Shown here: piece by piece, positions 32,847 to 43,407 of the stretch
Position numbering within the stretch: the stretch's first letter is position 1
Layout of the letters: each line of letters opens with the position of its first letter
From: Bradymonadia bacterium
Lineage (GTDB): Bacteria > Myxococcota_A > Bradymonadia > UBA7976 > UBA1532
Length of the DNA: 64,000 nucleotides
Assembly (NCBI GenBank): GCA_046290225.1
Contig: JBKAGE010000037.1
Coordinates: forward strand, 256,001 to 320,000
Reading direction: 5' to 3'
The notes under the pieces: generated by a model
Database searches by the model: none
Told to the model about the DNA's origin: nothing
Seen by the model: only the letters and a program-made list of their open reading frames with translations
Program-made: the position numbers and the translations under genes

Positions 32847-34787
32847 ATGAAGATCGTGCTGCCTTCGATGACCACCCTGGCTCTCGTGAGCGTGTCCAGC
32901 GCTGCCCTGGCTCAGGATGTATGCATGGATCGCGATCCGATCCCCGTGCTCGACTGTGCCGACACCGTCGAGGTCCCTCTCGACGAGACGTGTCACTGGC
33001 AAGGCTCGGTTGAGGCGTTCACGCCTGCAGGCTACCCCGTTGACGCCCCAGGTCTCGACTGCGAAGCCTCTGGTGAGGGGTATGGCCCCTTTGAACGTGT
33101 CGGTGCCCTCGTCTGTACCGATACGTGTGATGGTGACTCGGTCGATCGTTGTGATTTTCGAGTACAGCCCGTCGACGTGACACCGCCCACCCTCACCGTG
33201 GCCACGCCAGAGGTGGTGGTCTACCTCGACGAGGCCGGTGGCAGCCAGCGCATCGACATCCAGAGCGCCTGCGGCATCACCTTCGAAGACAACTGCGCCG
33301 ACGGTGGTGGTGCCCCACGCGGCATCAGCAGCATCGCCTCAGATCATCCCGACGAGCGCTTCGACGGCGAGGCCGGTGCCTTCACAGCTCAGGGCGCAAC
33401 GGCAGACTGGTTCGGGGTCCGCGTGCTCCTCGATCCTGACGTCCTCGGCGAGCGCACCTACACCGTGCAGTTCCACATGGACGACGGCCCCAACCGCGAG
33501 ACGGTGGAGTGCCGCATCCGCGTCGAAGAGCCCATCTGCGCTGATCATGTGCCCGCCGAGCTCGTGTGCGAGCCCGAGGTGGAGGTCGAGGTCGACGAGG
33601 CATGCAACTGGCGCCTCACCGATCCCGAGCTGGTGGCGCCTAGTTTCCCTCATGACCGCGATGGCATGAACTGCGAGGTCGAGGGCGAGGGCTACGGCAC
33701 CTGGCCCGGCGTCGGCACCATGAGCTGCACTGACATCTGCGACGACTCGGAGCAAAACTGTGAGGTGGTGGTCGATCCTGTCGACAACATCCCCCCGACA
33801 GTCATCGTCACCGAGCCCGAGGTCACCCTGGAGCAAGCCGAAGGCGTTCAGGAGTGGGCCCGCATCGAAGAGCTGTGTGGCATCACCTTCGAAGACAACT
33901 GCACTGATCCCGGCAGCGCCTGGCGTGGCCTCGATCTCATCATCAGCAGCTGGGCCGGTGAGGTGATCATCGGTGAGCCCGGTGACTTCCGCGGTACGGG
34001 CATCATCGCTGACTGGTTCTCTGCCCGCTTTGATCTCGACCCTGAGTACCCGCCCCGTACGTACACCATCACGTATCACATGACCGACGGTGACGATAAC
34101 CGTGAGGTGGTCGAGTGTCGTGTCCACATCGTGCCGCCTGACGACGGCGAAGGTGGTGCCGGTGGCGGCGGTGGTATGGGCGGTGACGGCGGCGCTGGCG
34201 GCATGGGCGGCGACGGTGGTGCTGGTGGCATGGGTGGTGCTGGTGGCGACGGCGGTGCAGGTGGTGCCGGCGGCGATGGCGGCGCCGGTGGCATGGGCGG
34301 CGCCGGCGGCGCAGCGGGTGCCGGTGGCGGCGAGGGTGGCCACGGCGGTGCCGGCGGCCATGGTGGTGACGAGCCTGGTGACGGCATCGGTGAGCCCGGT
34401 GGCTCTGGTGGTGCCGCAGGTGGCGGCCCCGGTGATGGCATCGGCGATCCCGGCGGCTCCGGTGGTGACGAGCCTGGTGACGGCATCGGTGAGCCCGGTG
34501 GCTCTGGTGGTGCCGCAGGTGGCGGCCCCGGTGACGGCATCGGCGATCCCGGTGGCTCTGGTGACGAGCCCGGTGATGGCATCGGTGACATGAGCGAGGT
34601 GCCCATGAGCACGCCCGGCTCGCTGCTCGCTCGCCCCCGACTCGCCGAGCGGATGGTCTTCGATCTCTCCTGGTTCTCGCAGGCCAACAACGACAACTCT
34701 GCCGCAGGCCGTGAAGAAGAGGCTGAGGGTACCGAAGCGGCCGAAGCGGCCGAGCGCAGCCCCTGGTTCTTCCTCCGCCTCTTCTGA
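32847..34787 (+). CDS. Secreted Cys-rich protein with a duplicated HYR/Ig-like module and Gly-rich tail
   Basis: Signal peptide; two roughly 200-aa copies sharing CGITFEDNC, ADWF, RTYT and NRExVECR; Gly-rich repeats. Confidence 0.75.
   Translation: MKIVLPSMTTLALVSVSSAALAQDVCMDRDPIPVLDCADTVEVPLDETCHWQGSVEAFTPAGYPVDAPGLDCEASGEGYGPFERVGALVCTDTCDGDSVDRCDFRVQPVDVTPPTLTVATPEVVVYLDEAGGSQRIDIQSACGITFEDNCADGGGAPRGISSIASDHPDERFDGEAGAFTAQGATADWFGVRVLLDPDVLGERTYTVQFHMDDGPNRETVECRIRVEEPICADHVPAELVCEPEVEVEVDEACNWRLTDPELVAPSFPHDRDGMNCEVEGEGYGTWPGVGTMSCTDICDDSEQNCEVVVDPVDNIPPTVIVTEPEVTLEQAEGVQEWARIEELCGITFEDNCTDPGSAWRGLDLIISSWAGEVIIGEPGDFRGTGIIADWFSARFDLDPEYPPRTYTITYHMTDGDDNREVVECRVHIVPPDDGEGGAGGGGGMGGDGGAGGMGGDGGAGGMGGAGGDGGAGGAGGDGGAGGMGGAGGAAGAGGGEGGHGGAGGHGGDEPGDGIGEPGGSGGAAGGGPGDGIGDPGGSGGDEPGDGIGEPGGSGGAAGGGPGDGIGDPGGSGDEPGDGIGDMSEVPMSTPGSLLARPRLAERMVFDLSWFSQANNDNSAAGREEEAEGTEAAEAAERSPWFFLRLF
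34362..34588 (+). repeat. 99-bp coding direct repeat (about 2.3 copies) in the Gly-rich tail
   Basis: ggtggtgacgagcctggtgacggcatcggtgagccc... at 34362 and 34461, partial copy near 34560. Confidence 0.85.
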
Positions 34788-34817
34788 GGCCCTGACGCTC
34801 TGACCTAGTTCTCCCCG

Positions 34818-35501
34818 CTATCGGCGCTTGATCAGCGCTGGCTTCTCCTTGCTGTACGCGATGGTGTTCGGTGGCAGGTAGCCCGCAAAGGGCATGCTGA
34901 TCACCACCGCTCGCTTGCCGAGCACACACCCTGGTTGAAGCACACTGTTGCACCCCGCCTCGGCAGCATCTCCCATCAGCGCGCCGAGCTTGCGCATGCC
35001 AGAGCTGGCCCGACTGCCATCTGCCAGAGTGACGGGCACGGGCTTCTGATCGAGCCGCAGGTTGGCGCAGATGACCCCAGCGCCCAGATGGGCGCCATTC
35101 CCCAGTACAGAGTCACCCACATAGTTGAAATGAGGTGCTTGAACCTTGTCGAGGAGCAAGCTGTTCTTGAACTCCGAAGAGTTCCCGATGACACACCCTG
35201 CGCCGATGATCACCTTGCCGCGAATGAACGCACCGGGCCTGATCTCGGTCCCCGGGCCAATCCACGCCGGGCCCTTGATGAAGGCATATGGGGGCAACTT
35301 GACGGTGGGGTCGATGTAGACCGCCCCCTCGATGTGCACCCCGGGCGGGATGTCCGTTCGACCCGGCACGCTGTCGAAGTCGAAGGCGGCGAGGGCGGCC
35401 TCGATTTGAGAGACCCAGGTCCAGGGCGCAGCGTTCAGGTCGAAATGTGCGGCAAAGGGGGCCAGAGACTCGGGCCAGTCGAAGAGATCAGCGGCTTTCA
35501 T
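34818..35501 (-). CDS. Hexapeptide-repeat (left-handed beta-helix) acyltransferase, GlmU C-terminal-like
   Basis: IRPGAFIRG, GNSSEFKNS, PHFNYVGDSVLG, KLGALMGD and GCNSVLQPG motifs. Confidence 0.85.
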   Translation of the reverse strand: MKAADLFDWPESLAPFAAHFDLNAAPWTWVSQIEAALAAFDFDSVPGRTDIPPGVHIEGAVYIDPTVKLPPYAFIKGPAWIGPGTEIRPGAFIRGKVIIGAGCVIGNSSEFKNSLLLDKVQAPHFNYVGDSVLGNGAHLGAGVICANLRLDQKPVPVTLADGSRASSGMRKLGALMGDAAEAGCNSVLQPGCVLGKRAVVISMPFAGYLPPNTIAYSKEKPALIKRR

Positions 35502-35576
35502 GAGGGGCGTGCTCCTCCCGATGGTGGAGGCTCTTTGTTGCCCTCAAATGACACAGCAGTCAAACGCCGCTGATGT

Positions 35577-36911
35577 TCACGGCGCTGCAGGATCCACCCA
35601 AACTTTGATCTGGGACACCTCGATCTGACCGCCCCATGTGTACAGCCCCACCATGGCCCGATCTGCCCTGGGCGTCAGGGGGGGCACGATGTGATCGATC
35701 TGATGGCGGCCGTCGAGACCGAACCGGGCATAGCGCTGACCCCGTACGCCTCTCAGCGTGTAGCTCTGCCCAGCCGTAGGCTTGAGTTTCGGCACCTGGG
35801 CCACCCGCACATCGTCGATGTTGATGGCAGTCCGCGCGCCGCCGTTGGTGCCGAAGCCGTAGTAGATGCCCGTGGCCGCCGGATCTCCACCACTGTGTAC
35901 GACGAGGGCGATCTCGGCCCCGTTGCTCTGGGCGGTGATCTCCACCCTCACCCGGCCAGGTGCGCTCACAGGGAGCGTGAGCCAGGCAGGTCGATCTGCC
36001 CCGGCCTTACCCACCAACTTGCCCTTCTTGAGCGACCACTCACCCTCTCGAGCCTCAAAGCCCTGAGGCAGCTTGCCCTTGCCCCCGGACCACTCGAAGG
36101 CCAGCTTCCACGGCAGGGCCTGCTCCACCTCGATCTTGGGCAACACCTTTGCCCGGCCGGGCCGGAGCACGTGGTGTTCGATGTATTTGTAGAACTTGAT
36201 CCACTCGGTGTTGATGGCCTCGTAGGCGGTCCGGTTGGGGTGCACCCCATCGGGCATGTCCGCTCGAAGGTTCCCGCGATCGACGAGAATCTGGGCGAAG
36301 TCGAAGAGGGGCAGTTTCTTCTGACGAGCGACCTGCCGCACGATCCGGTTCGCCTGCGCTGTGGCGTTCACGCGCCATTGCCATGGTGGCAGGGTCATGA
36401 GCATCGGCAGGGATCCATGAGCCATGCACGTGCTCACCATGGACTCGAGGTTCTGATAGAACTCGCCGGCGTTGAACCGCCGATGGATGTAGTCGTTGGT
36501 GCCGAAGAGCACGGTGATCAGCTCGGGCTTGCCCTGATTGCAGGCGGTGACGGCCCGCTGACGCCCCCAGGACGACAGCTGCCCCGACATGGTGCCCAGA
36601 TCTTTGTTGATGTGTGTGTAGCCTTCTTGATCTGAGATGCCGGTGGGGGTGTATCGGGCCAGCCAGATGAAGGCCTGCGAGTTCGACAGGCTGTCCCCCA
36701 GAGACATGATGGTCTTGGGCCGGGTGGCGGCGTATCGATCGATGTTGGTCTGAAACCACAGCTCGGGAAAAGCGCCATACCGTGTCTGCGCCGGGGGCGG
36801 ACCATTGGCCTCGGCCACAGGCGCGGCAGGCCAGGACAGCTCGTCGGCGTGGACAGCTACAGAGAGCGTGCTCAAGGCAATGCACAATGAGAGTGAGCTG
36901 ATCCAACGCAT
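35577..36911 (-). CDS. Secreted SGNH/GDSL hydrolase with C-terminal beta-rich domain
   Basis: Signal peptide; LGDSL, FGTND, DGVHP. Confidence 0.85.
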   Translation of the reverse strand: MRWISSLSLCIALSTLSVAVHADELSWPAAPVAEANGPPPAQTRYGAFPELWFQTNIDRYAATRPKTIMSLGDSLSNSQAFIWLARYTPTGISDQEGYTHINKDLGTMSGQLSSWGRQRAVTACNQGKPELITVLFGTNDYIHRRFNAGEFYQNLESMVSTCMAHGSLPMLMTLPPWQWRVNATAQANRIVRQVARQKKLPLFDFAQILVDRGNLRADMPDGVHPNRTAYEAINTEWIKFYKYIEHHVLRPGRAKVLPKIEVEQALPWKLAFEWSGGKGKLPQGFEAREGEWSLKKGKLVGKAGADRPAWLTLPVSAPGRVRVEITAQSNGAEIALVVHSGGDPAATGIYYGFGTNGGARTAINIDDVRVAQVPKLKPTAGQSYTLRGVRGQRYARFGLDGRHQIDHIVPPLTPRADRAMVGLYTWGGQIEVSQIKVWVDPAAP

Positions 36912-36912
36912 C

Positions 36913-37671
36913 TCACACCCCCTCTGAGACGATGGCCACGGAAGATGATGCCCCGAGCCGGTTGGCGCCAGCGGCGATCATCCGCCGAGCGGTCTCTGCA
37001 TTTCGGATGCCTCCAGAGGCTTTGACGCCGATGTCGGGGCCCACCACGTATCGCATCAGCGCCACGTCGGCCTCGGTGGCCCCACCACCGCCGAAGCCCG
37101 TGCTGGTCTTGACGAAGGCGGCCCCGGCGATGACCGAAAGTGCACAACCGAGGATCTTCTCCTCTTCGGTGAGGTGGCACGTCTCCAAGATCACCTTCAC
37201 GGGCTGACCACAGGCGACGACACCAGCGATGCCATCGTGCACCCGACTCAAGGCCCGATCTTTGAGGGCGCCGATGTCGACGACCATGTCGATCTCTCGG
37301 GCACCGTCGGCGACAGCCTGCTCCGCCTCGGCGGCCATGATCCCAGGGTGCATGGCCCCGAGGGGGAAACCTACGACGGCGCAGGCAGGCACGCTGCTGC
37401 CTTCGAGCAGTTGAGCCATCCGCGCCACGTGTACGCCATTGACACAGCACGACGCGAAGCTGTGCTGTCGAGCCTCGCTGGCGAGCTGCTCCAGCTGCCC
37501 TTGCTCGGCGGTGGGCTTGAGCAGGGTGTGATCGATGAAGCCGGCAAGGCCTGCCTCGAGACTCGGCGGCTGCCAGGGCCGCCCCAACTCAGGCAGCTGG
37601 GCGCTCAGGCCGCCTGGGAAGGCGCCCTCGAAACGGGCCAGTGTGTCGTGAACATGCTGTGTTCGATCCAT
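36913..37671 (-). CDS. deoC: Deoxyribose-phosphate aldolase
   Basis: IDHTLLKP, VGFPLG, EIDMV, KVILET, FVKTSTGF, VKASGGIR, RLGASS; AGGAG before the ATG at 37671. Confidence 0.96.
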   Translation of the reverse strand: MDRTQHVHDTLARFEGAFPGGLSAQLPELGRPWQPPSLEAGLAGFIDHTLLKPTAEQGQLEQLASEARQHSFASCCVNGVHVARMAQLLEGSSVPACAVVGFPLGAMHPGIMAAEAEQAVADGAREIDMVVDIGALKDRALSRVHDGIAGVVACGQPVKVILETCHLTEEEKILGCALSVIAGAAFVKTSTGFGGGGATEADVALMRYVVGPDIGVKASGGIRNAETARRMIAAGANRLGASSSVAIVSEGV

Positions 37672-37832
37672 GCTGTGGCTCCTGGCTCTGGGGGGCATGA
37701 CTCAAAGGCTATGAGGCCTGATATGCCCTACACATTCATGATTTTAAAGGGCGCTCCTCACGACCAAACCAACTCATGGCTGACCCATCATTGGCCGATG
37801 TCTGTCATGAGGTGATGGATCGAGGTCGTTTG

Positions 37833-40800
37833 ATGAACCCCCAGACGCACGCACAAGACAGCGCCCAGTGGCGTGAAGGCGATCACATTGATGGTCGCTA
37901 CTTGCTCCACAAAACCTTGGGGGCTGGCACCGGCGGCACAGTATACCTCGCCACCGATCTCCAGCTGGGCACCGAGGTGGCGCTGAAACTGGTGCCCCGC
38001 AGTGAAGGCGGGCTCGGGGAAGAGTTCCTGCTCGCCCGCAGCCTCCGGCACCCCTTCATCACCTCAGTGTTCGACATCGGTCAGGCCTCATCTGAGCACG
38101 ACTACTTCACCATGGCCCCGGTTCAGGGGGGTGATCTCGCTTCAGTGAAGGATCAAATCGGCGTCGAAGGGGTGATTCAGGTGGCCGCAGACTGCCTGCA
38201 GGCCCTGGCTCATGTGCACAGCCGCGGGTTGATTCACGGTGATCTCAAACCCGACAACATCCTGGTGGCCCTCGACGGCCCTCGACCACGGCCTCAGCTG
38301 ATCGACTTCGGCCTCGCCCACGCCCGTGGTGAGCATGCCCTGCGAGGCACCCCAGCGTACATGGCCCCTGAGCTGCTCGGTGGCCATGCGCCAGATGCAC
38401 TCTCTGATCAATACGCCCTCGGTGTGAGCATTTACGAAGCCCTCTCCGGCGCGAACCCGTTCCTCGCCTCCACGGTCTCCGAGACCCTCGAGCGCCATCG
38501 GGCATATACCCCCGAGGCGTTGTCCGAGATCGGCCAGGGTCTTGCTGATGTGCTCGAGCGCATGATCAAGAAGAACCCTGATGCTCGATACCCCGACGTC
38601 CAGGCAGCATTGCACGCGCTGCAGGACGCGATGCCCTCTGTGAAAACCACAGTGGACACCCAGCTCATGACACGGCCGGTGTTGGGGCCCTTCACGGGGC
38701 GGGAAAGCGTCCTCAACACTCTCATCGACAATCTGTACTGGGACCGACCTCTCGAAGTGGAGCTGATCCTGGGCCTGTCGGGGAGCGGCCGCAGTCGCTT
38801 GCTCGAGGCGCTGATGATCAAGGCGCGCCTCATGGGGTTCCGAGTGATCTCACCGGGGCCTGCTCTCCTCGACTCTCTCCGCTCACAGCTCGCGCTCTAT
38901 CTGAACGATGAAGAGAACACCCTCTCCGACCAGATGAGAGATCCTGAGGAGATCGCCCATCACATCGGCACCCTCGCCGAGCACCAGTCGGTGTTGTTGC
39001 TCATCGACGATCTCGATCATTGTGCCGAAGCAGAGCAGGTGATCCTGGCAGAGGCGCTCTCTCATCTGACCGACGATGCGCCGGTGTACGTGGTGGCGAC
39101 GGCCCACCTCGACGAGCAGGTCACCTTGTTGCGCAGGATCGAAGGTGGCGTACCCTGCGAGCCCCAAATTTTGCACCCGCTGACCTTGGAGGCGTTCTCC
39201 AGAGTGGTGACGGGCACCCTGGGGCAACTCGACCCTGATGGTCGACTCACGGCGATTTATCACGAAGCCGCAGGTGGCTGGCCAGGCCGCCTGGAGACGC
39301 TCGTGAGCCACCACATCGACACCGGCGCGCTCACTTGGCGAGAAGGCAGCTGGCGCGCCTCACCTGATGCTGGCCTGCAAGATCCGGCGAAGCTGATCCG
39401 TGAAGCGCTTGCCCATGTACCCGCACCGGTACAAGAGCAGCCCACGAGGGTGTTGGATCATCACGGCCGTGGCCACGAGACTCTGCTCGCCACAGCAGCC
39501 CTGCTCGGTGATCGCTTCAACCGTACGGATCTGGCTGCGCTCGTCGGGCTCGCGGAGTGCCGCTCCGGGCTCAAGGCCCTCATCAAGTCGGGGGTGTTCA
39601 ACAAACACCACGACCACATCCGCTTCGAAGATCACCGCTTGCGAGATTACCTGCTCCAGCAAATGGGTGAAGAGGCCCGACAGATGGGGCACCGCCGGGT
39701 GGTCTCCTGGTTGCTGCAGAGTCGCCCTGACGACCACCGTGCCCTGGCCGCTCAGCTCGCAGGGGCGGGTGATCTCGGTGCAGCCCGCAGGGCGATGCTG
39801 AAGGCCATCGACGAGAGTACGCAACCCCTCGAACGCGCGGAGATGCACCGCTGGCTCCTGGCCCAGGGCAGCGATCCGACCACGCATCACGAGGGTGCTG
39901 GGGACGCAGAGTCCGAGGGTGGCCGCCTAGCAACGGCCCAAGCACACTACGCTCAGGCTCGACAGTTCGCCGAAGATGACACCACTCGACGTCGACTCGA
40001 CCGAAAGTCGGGCTGGGCTCTGAGCGACGAGGGGCGCTATGCAGAAGCTCAGCCTCTCCTGAGCCGTGCCCTCGAGCTGTGTGATACAGGCACCGCGCAT
40101 CAAAGCGAGCGCGGTGAGATCTGCTTCGCCCTGGGCTGGACGGTGATGATGCTCGGCGACTATGCCGAGGCCCGGCGCCTGTATCAGGCAGGCCTCGAGC
40201 CAGGCACCCAGGCGCTCAACCCCGACACCGCGGCGCGCCTCAAACGCCTGGAAGGTACGATCGCCTGGCACACGGCCCAGGGCAACGCCGAGCAGGCCTT
40301 CAACGAGGCCATCGATCTCGCCCGGGCAGCAGAAGACAAGTCCATCGAAGCCGACTGCCTCATGGGGCTGGCGAGCGCCCTCATCAAAGGCCGAGGGGCG
40401 TTGGAGAAAGCCATCGAGCATCTCGAGCTCGCCGCCCGGCTCAACCGCGAGCTGGGCCGCAGTGGCCAGGAGGGCAAGTGCTGCAACAACCTCGGGATCG
40501 TCTACTACACCGTAGGGCGCTGGTCCGAAGCCGGCATGTCCTGGCAACGCTTCAGGGACATCTGCGCCCTCACCCAGAATCGCAACGACCAGGCTTTGGC
40601 GTGTAACAACCTCGGCTTCCTCTACAAAGATCGCGGAGAATTTGAGCGTGCGGCGGCGATCCTCGACGAGGGTCGCCTCATCGCCGAGCAGGCCAACTTC
40701 TCCATGGGGCGCATGCTGCTCCTCGGCAACCTCGGTGAGGTGCGCACCCAGCTGGGGCAATACGTCGACGCCCGCACCGCGCTGAAGCAGGCCCTCACCC

Positions 40801-42476
40801 TCGCAGAATCCATGGGCAATGCCGACGAGGCCCTCGAGCTGCGTAGGCGGCTCGCCTCTCTCGAATGGGCAGAAGGGCGCACAGAGGCCGCACAACAACG
40901 CATCACCGAAACCCTCGCCGAGGCCCGCAACCGGGGCTCGGCCATCGAAGAAGGGCACTTGCTGCGCTTGCAGAGTCGCCTCTGGGCTCAAACGGGCAAG
41001 ACCAACGACGCCATCGGCGCGTTGCTCATGGCGCGCCGCCGCCTGGAAGACGGCGGCGCCGAGCTGGAAGCCGCCCGAGCCACCATCGAGTGGGCTCAAC
41101 TCAGCGGGCAGCTGCACCCCGATCATTTGATCGAAGATCTCGAGGTGGCCCGAGCGGTCGGCACCCGCCTGGGTACGCCCGACGTCATCGAGGGCGCCAG
41201 CGAGGTGATCCTCGACATCAAGCGCTCCAAGACTGCCATGGCCGACACGCAGCTGGCCATCCTGGCCCGCTCACTGGGGCGCGAGCTCGATCTGGACACC
41301 CTCCTGGGCAAGGTGGCCGACGCAGCCATCGAACTTACGGAAGGCGAGCGCTGCCTCGTGGTGCTCTACGAGCGGGGCGATGTCCTGCGCGTACACACCG
41401 CCCGATGGAATGGCGGTGAGGGAGAGCAGACCAACGCCCTTCAAATCAGCCGCAGCGTCGCCGACCGGGTCTTCAAAGAAGGTCGAGCCCTCGTGGTGGC
41501 CGATGTGCTCGGTGACTCCCACATGCAGGCCCAAGCGAGCATCGCCGCCCTGGGTCTGCGCTCGATCTTGTGCGCGCCGTTGACCTCTGCAGAGGGCCCG
41601 GTGGGGATCCTGTATGTCGACAGTCGCCAGCACGAGCACACGCGCTTCACCGAGAGCGCGCCGGTCCTCGAGCTCCTGGCCCGTCAGGCCGGTGAGGCGG
41701 TCCGCAACGCTCAGCTCTTCGAGGGGGAGCGACATCGCCGCAGGTTGATCAGCACCCTGGCCCACGACTTCCGCACTCCTCTGGCGGCGACAGACAGCGC
41801 CTTGGAGTTCATGGCCGCCGAGGTCGATGATCCGGAGCTGCAACAGATGATGGCCAGCTGTCGCAGTCAGCTGCAGCACCTGCGCCGCCTCAGCGACGAG
41901 ATCGTACAGCTCGAGCGCGTCAACCAGGGACGCATCACCGTGCGCCCCTTCCCCTTCGAGGCGGACGACCTCCTCCACAGCTACGCTGATTCGCTGCGCC
42001 CACTGGCCCGGCAACACAATGCGACGATCACCGTGGAGGCCATGAAGGGCCTGCCCGAAGTCATGGTGGATCCCGATCGCCTGTTCCAGGTGATGAGCAA
42101 CCTCGTGGGCAACGCCATCAAGGGCCTCGTCGACGGCGGCAACATCATCATTCGCGCCACCCTCACGGATACCTCAGGCCCTCAAAAGCAGCCTCAGTTT
42201 CTCGGCATGGGCATCGGCATTCAGGCCACACGTCCTCAGAGCTGGCTGAAGATTCAGATCAGCGACGACGGCTCGGGCATCGATCCCAAGATCCTCGACG
42301 AGAGCCTCGGTGACCGGGACGAGACCACCCCCTCTCCCCGAGGGCGCACCTTCAAGAGCGAGGGTCTGGGGCTCTCCATCGCGCGGGAGCTGGTTCAGCG
42401 TCACGGCGGGCGGCTCTGGCCAGAGCGATCCGACGAAACGGGCACCACGCTGGCCTTCACTCTGCCTGTAGCCTGA
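37833..42476 (+). CDS. Multidomain Ser/Thr kinase - AAA-like ATPase - TPR - GAF - histidine kinase
   Basis: VALK, HGDLKPDN, DFG, GTPAYMAPE; GLSGSGRSRL and LLIDDL; TPRs; LRSILCAPL GAF; AHDFRTPL, NLVGNAIK, DDGSG, GLGL. ORF open from 37776. Confidence 0.9.
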   Translation: MNPQTHAQDSAQWREGDHIDGRYLLHKTLGAGTGGTVYLATDLQLGTEVALKLVPRSEGGLGEEFLLARSLRHPFITSVFDIGQASSEHDYFTMAPVQGGDLASVKDQIGVEGVIQVAADCLQALAHVHSRGLIHGDLKPDNILVALDGPRPRPQLIDFGLAHARGEHALRGTPAYMAPELLGGHAPDALSDQYALGVSIYEALSGANPFLASTVSETLERHRAYTPEALSEIGQGLADVLERMIKKNPDARYPDVQAALHALQDAMPSVKTTVDTQLMTRPVLGPFTGRESVLNTLIDNLYWDRPLEVELILGLSGSGRSRLLEALMIKARLMGFRVISPGPALLDSLRSQLALYLNDEENTLSDQMRDPEEIAHHIGTLAEHQSVLLLIDDLDHCAEAEQVILAEALSHLTDDAPVYVVATAHLDEQVTLLRRIEGGVPCEPQILHPLTLEAFSRVVTGTLGQLDPDGRLTAIYHEAAGGWPGRLETLVSHHIDTGALTWREGSWRASPDAGLQDPAKLIREALAHVPAPVQEQPTRVLDHHGRGHETLLATAALLGDRFNRTDLAALVGLAECRSGLKALIKSGVFNKHHDHIRFEDHRLRDYLLQQMGEEARQMGHRRVVSWLLQSRPDDHRALAAQLAGAGDLGAARRAMLKAIDESTQPLERAEMHRWLLAQGSDPTTHHEGAGDAESEGGRLATAQAHYAQARQFAEDDTTRRRLDRKSGWALSDEGRYAEAQPLLSRALELCDTGTAHQSERGEICFALGWTVMMLGDYAEARRLYQAGLEPGTQALNPDTAARLKRLEGTIAWHTAQGNAEQAFNEAIDLARAAEDKSIEADCLMGLASALIKGRGALEKAIEHLELAARLNRELGRSGQEGKCCNNLGIVYYTVGRWSEAGMSWQRFRDICALTQNRNDQALACNNLGFLYKDRGEFERAAAILDEGRLIAEQANFSMGRMLLLGNLGEVRTQLGQYVDARTALKQALTLAESMGNADEALELRRRLASLEWAEGRTEAAQQRITETLAEARNRGSAIEEGHLLRLQSRLWAQTGKTNDAIGALLMARRRLEDGGAELEAARATIEWAQLSGQLHPDHLIEDLEVARAVGTRLGTPDVIEGASEVILDIKRSKTAMADTQLAILARSLGRELDLDTLLGKVADAAIELTEGERCLVVLYERGDVLRVHTARWNGGEGEQTNALQISRSVADRVFKEGRALVVADVLGDSHMQAQASIAALGLRSILCAPLTSAEGPVGILYVDSRQHEHTRFTESAPVLELLARQAGEAVRNAQLFEGERHRRRLISTLAHDFRTPLAATDSALEFMAAEVDDPELQQMMASCRSQLQHLRRLSDEIVQLERVNQGRITVRPFPFEADDLLHSYADSLRPLARQHNATITVEAMKGLPEVMVDPDRLFQVMSNLVGNAIKGLVDGGNIIIRATLTDTSGPQKQPQFLGMGIGIQATRPQSWLKIQISDDGSGIDPKILDESLGDRDETTPSPRGRTFKSEGLGLSIARELVQRHGGRLWPERSDETGTTLAFTLPVA

Positions 42477-42507
42477 TCGGACGCCTCAGACTGATCTGAC
42501 AGCCCTG

Positions 42508-43350
42508 TCAGATCGCCACAGGTGCCTTGATCCGCGGGTACGGATCGTATCCCTCGAGGGTGAAATCTTCGTAGGTGAAGTCCGTGAGCTCGGCCACATC
42601 GGGGTTGAGCTTCATGGTGGGCAGGGAGCGAGGTGCTCGGCTCAGCTGCAGCTGCGCCTGCTCGAGGTGATTGAGATACAAGTGTACATCACCAAAGGTG
42701 TGCACGAAGTCCCCCGGCTGCAGGCCACATACCTGAGCCATCATCATGGTGAGCAGCGCATAGCTGGCGATGTTGAAAGGCACCCCGAGAAACAGATCGG
42801 CGCTGCGCTGGTAGAGCTGACAGCTGAGTCGGCCCCCCTGCACATAGAATTGGAACAATGTATGGCACGGCGGCAGGGCCACTTGATCGGCCTCGCCAGG
42901 GTGCCAGCCGCTGACGATGAGGCGCCGGCTGTGCGGGTTGGCCCTGATCTGATCGACGACGCGCTGGATCTGATCGACGCCATCTCGATTGTAGCTGCCG
43001 TCTGGGTTCCTCGATCCCCCGAAGTTGCGCCACTGGTGTCCATAAATCGGCCCCAGATCGCCTTCAGAACGACCAAACCGGGCGGTCTGCTCTGCCGTGG
43101 ACCACTCGTTCCAGATGGTGACGCCGCGATCGGTGAGCCACTGGTTGTCGGTGCGGCCGTTGAGGAACCACAACAACTCGTAGATGATCGACTTGAGGTG
43201 CACCTTCTTGGTGGTGACCAGTGGAAACCCCGCCTGAAGGTCGAAACGCATCTGATGGCCGAACAGACTCAGGGTGCCGGTGCCGGTACGATCTTCGCGA
43301 CGGCAGCCCTCGTCGAGGATCTTCTGCATCAAATCGAGGTATGCCTGCAT
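42508..43350 (-). CDS. thyA: Thymidylate synthase
   Basis: [42 protein letters not shown] 8 nt before the ATG at 43350. Confidence 0.97.
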   Translation of the reverse strand: MQAYLDLMQKILDEGCRREDRTGTGTLSLFGHQMRFDLQAGFPLVTTKKVHLKSIIYELLWFLNGRTDNQWLTDRGVTIWNEWSTAEQTARFGRSEGDLGPIYGHQWRNFGGSRNPDGSYNRDGVDQIQRVVDQIRANPHSRRLIVSGWHPGEADQVALPPCHTLFQFYVQGGRLSCQLYQRSADLFLGVPFNIASYALLTMMMAQVCGLQPGDFVHTFGDVHLYLNHLEQAQLQLSRAPRSLPTMKLNPDVAELTDFTYEDFTLEGYDPYPRIKAPVAI

Positions 43351-43407
43351 CTTCATGGCCTCCTGCGCCAACTCCGAGACCGCCGCATCGTGTCAGATGC
43401 TGGCCTG

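Noticed and set aside
42667..43407. N-terminal 247 codons of the 697-aa ORF 42667-44760
   Set aside because: Overlaps thyA on the opposite strand; the real gene probably starts at ATG 43408.
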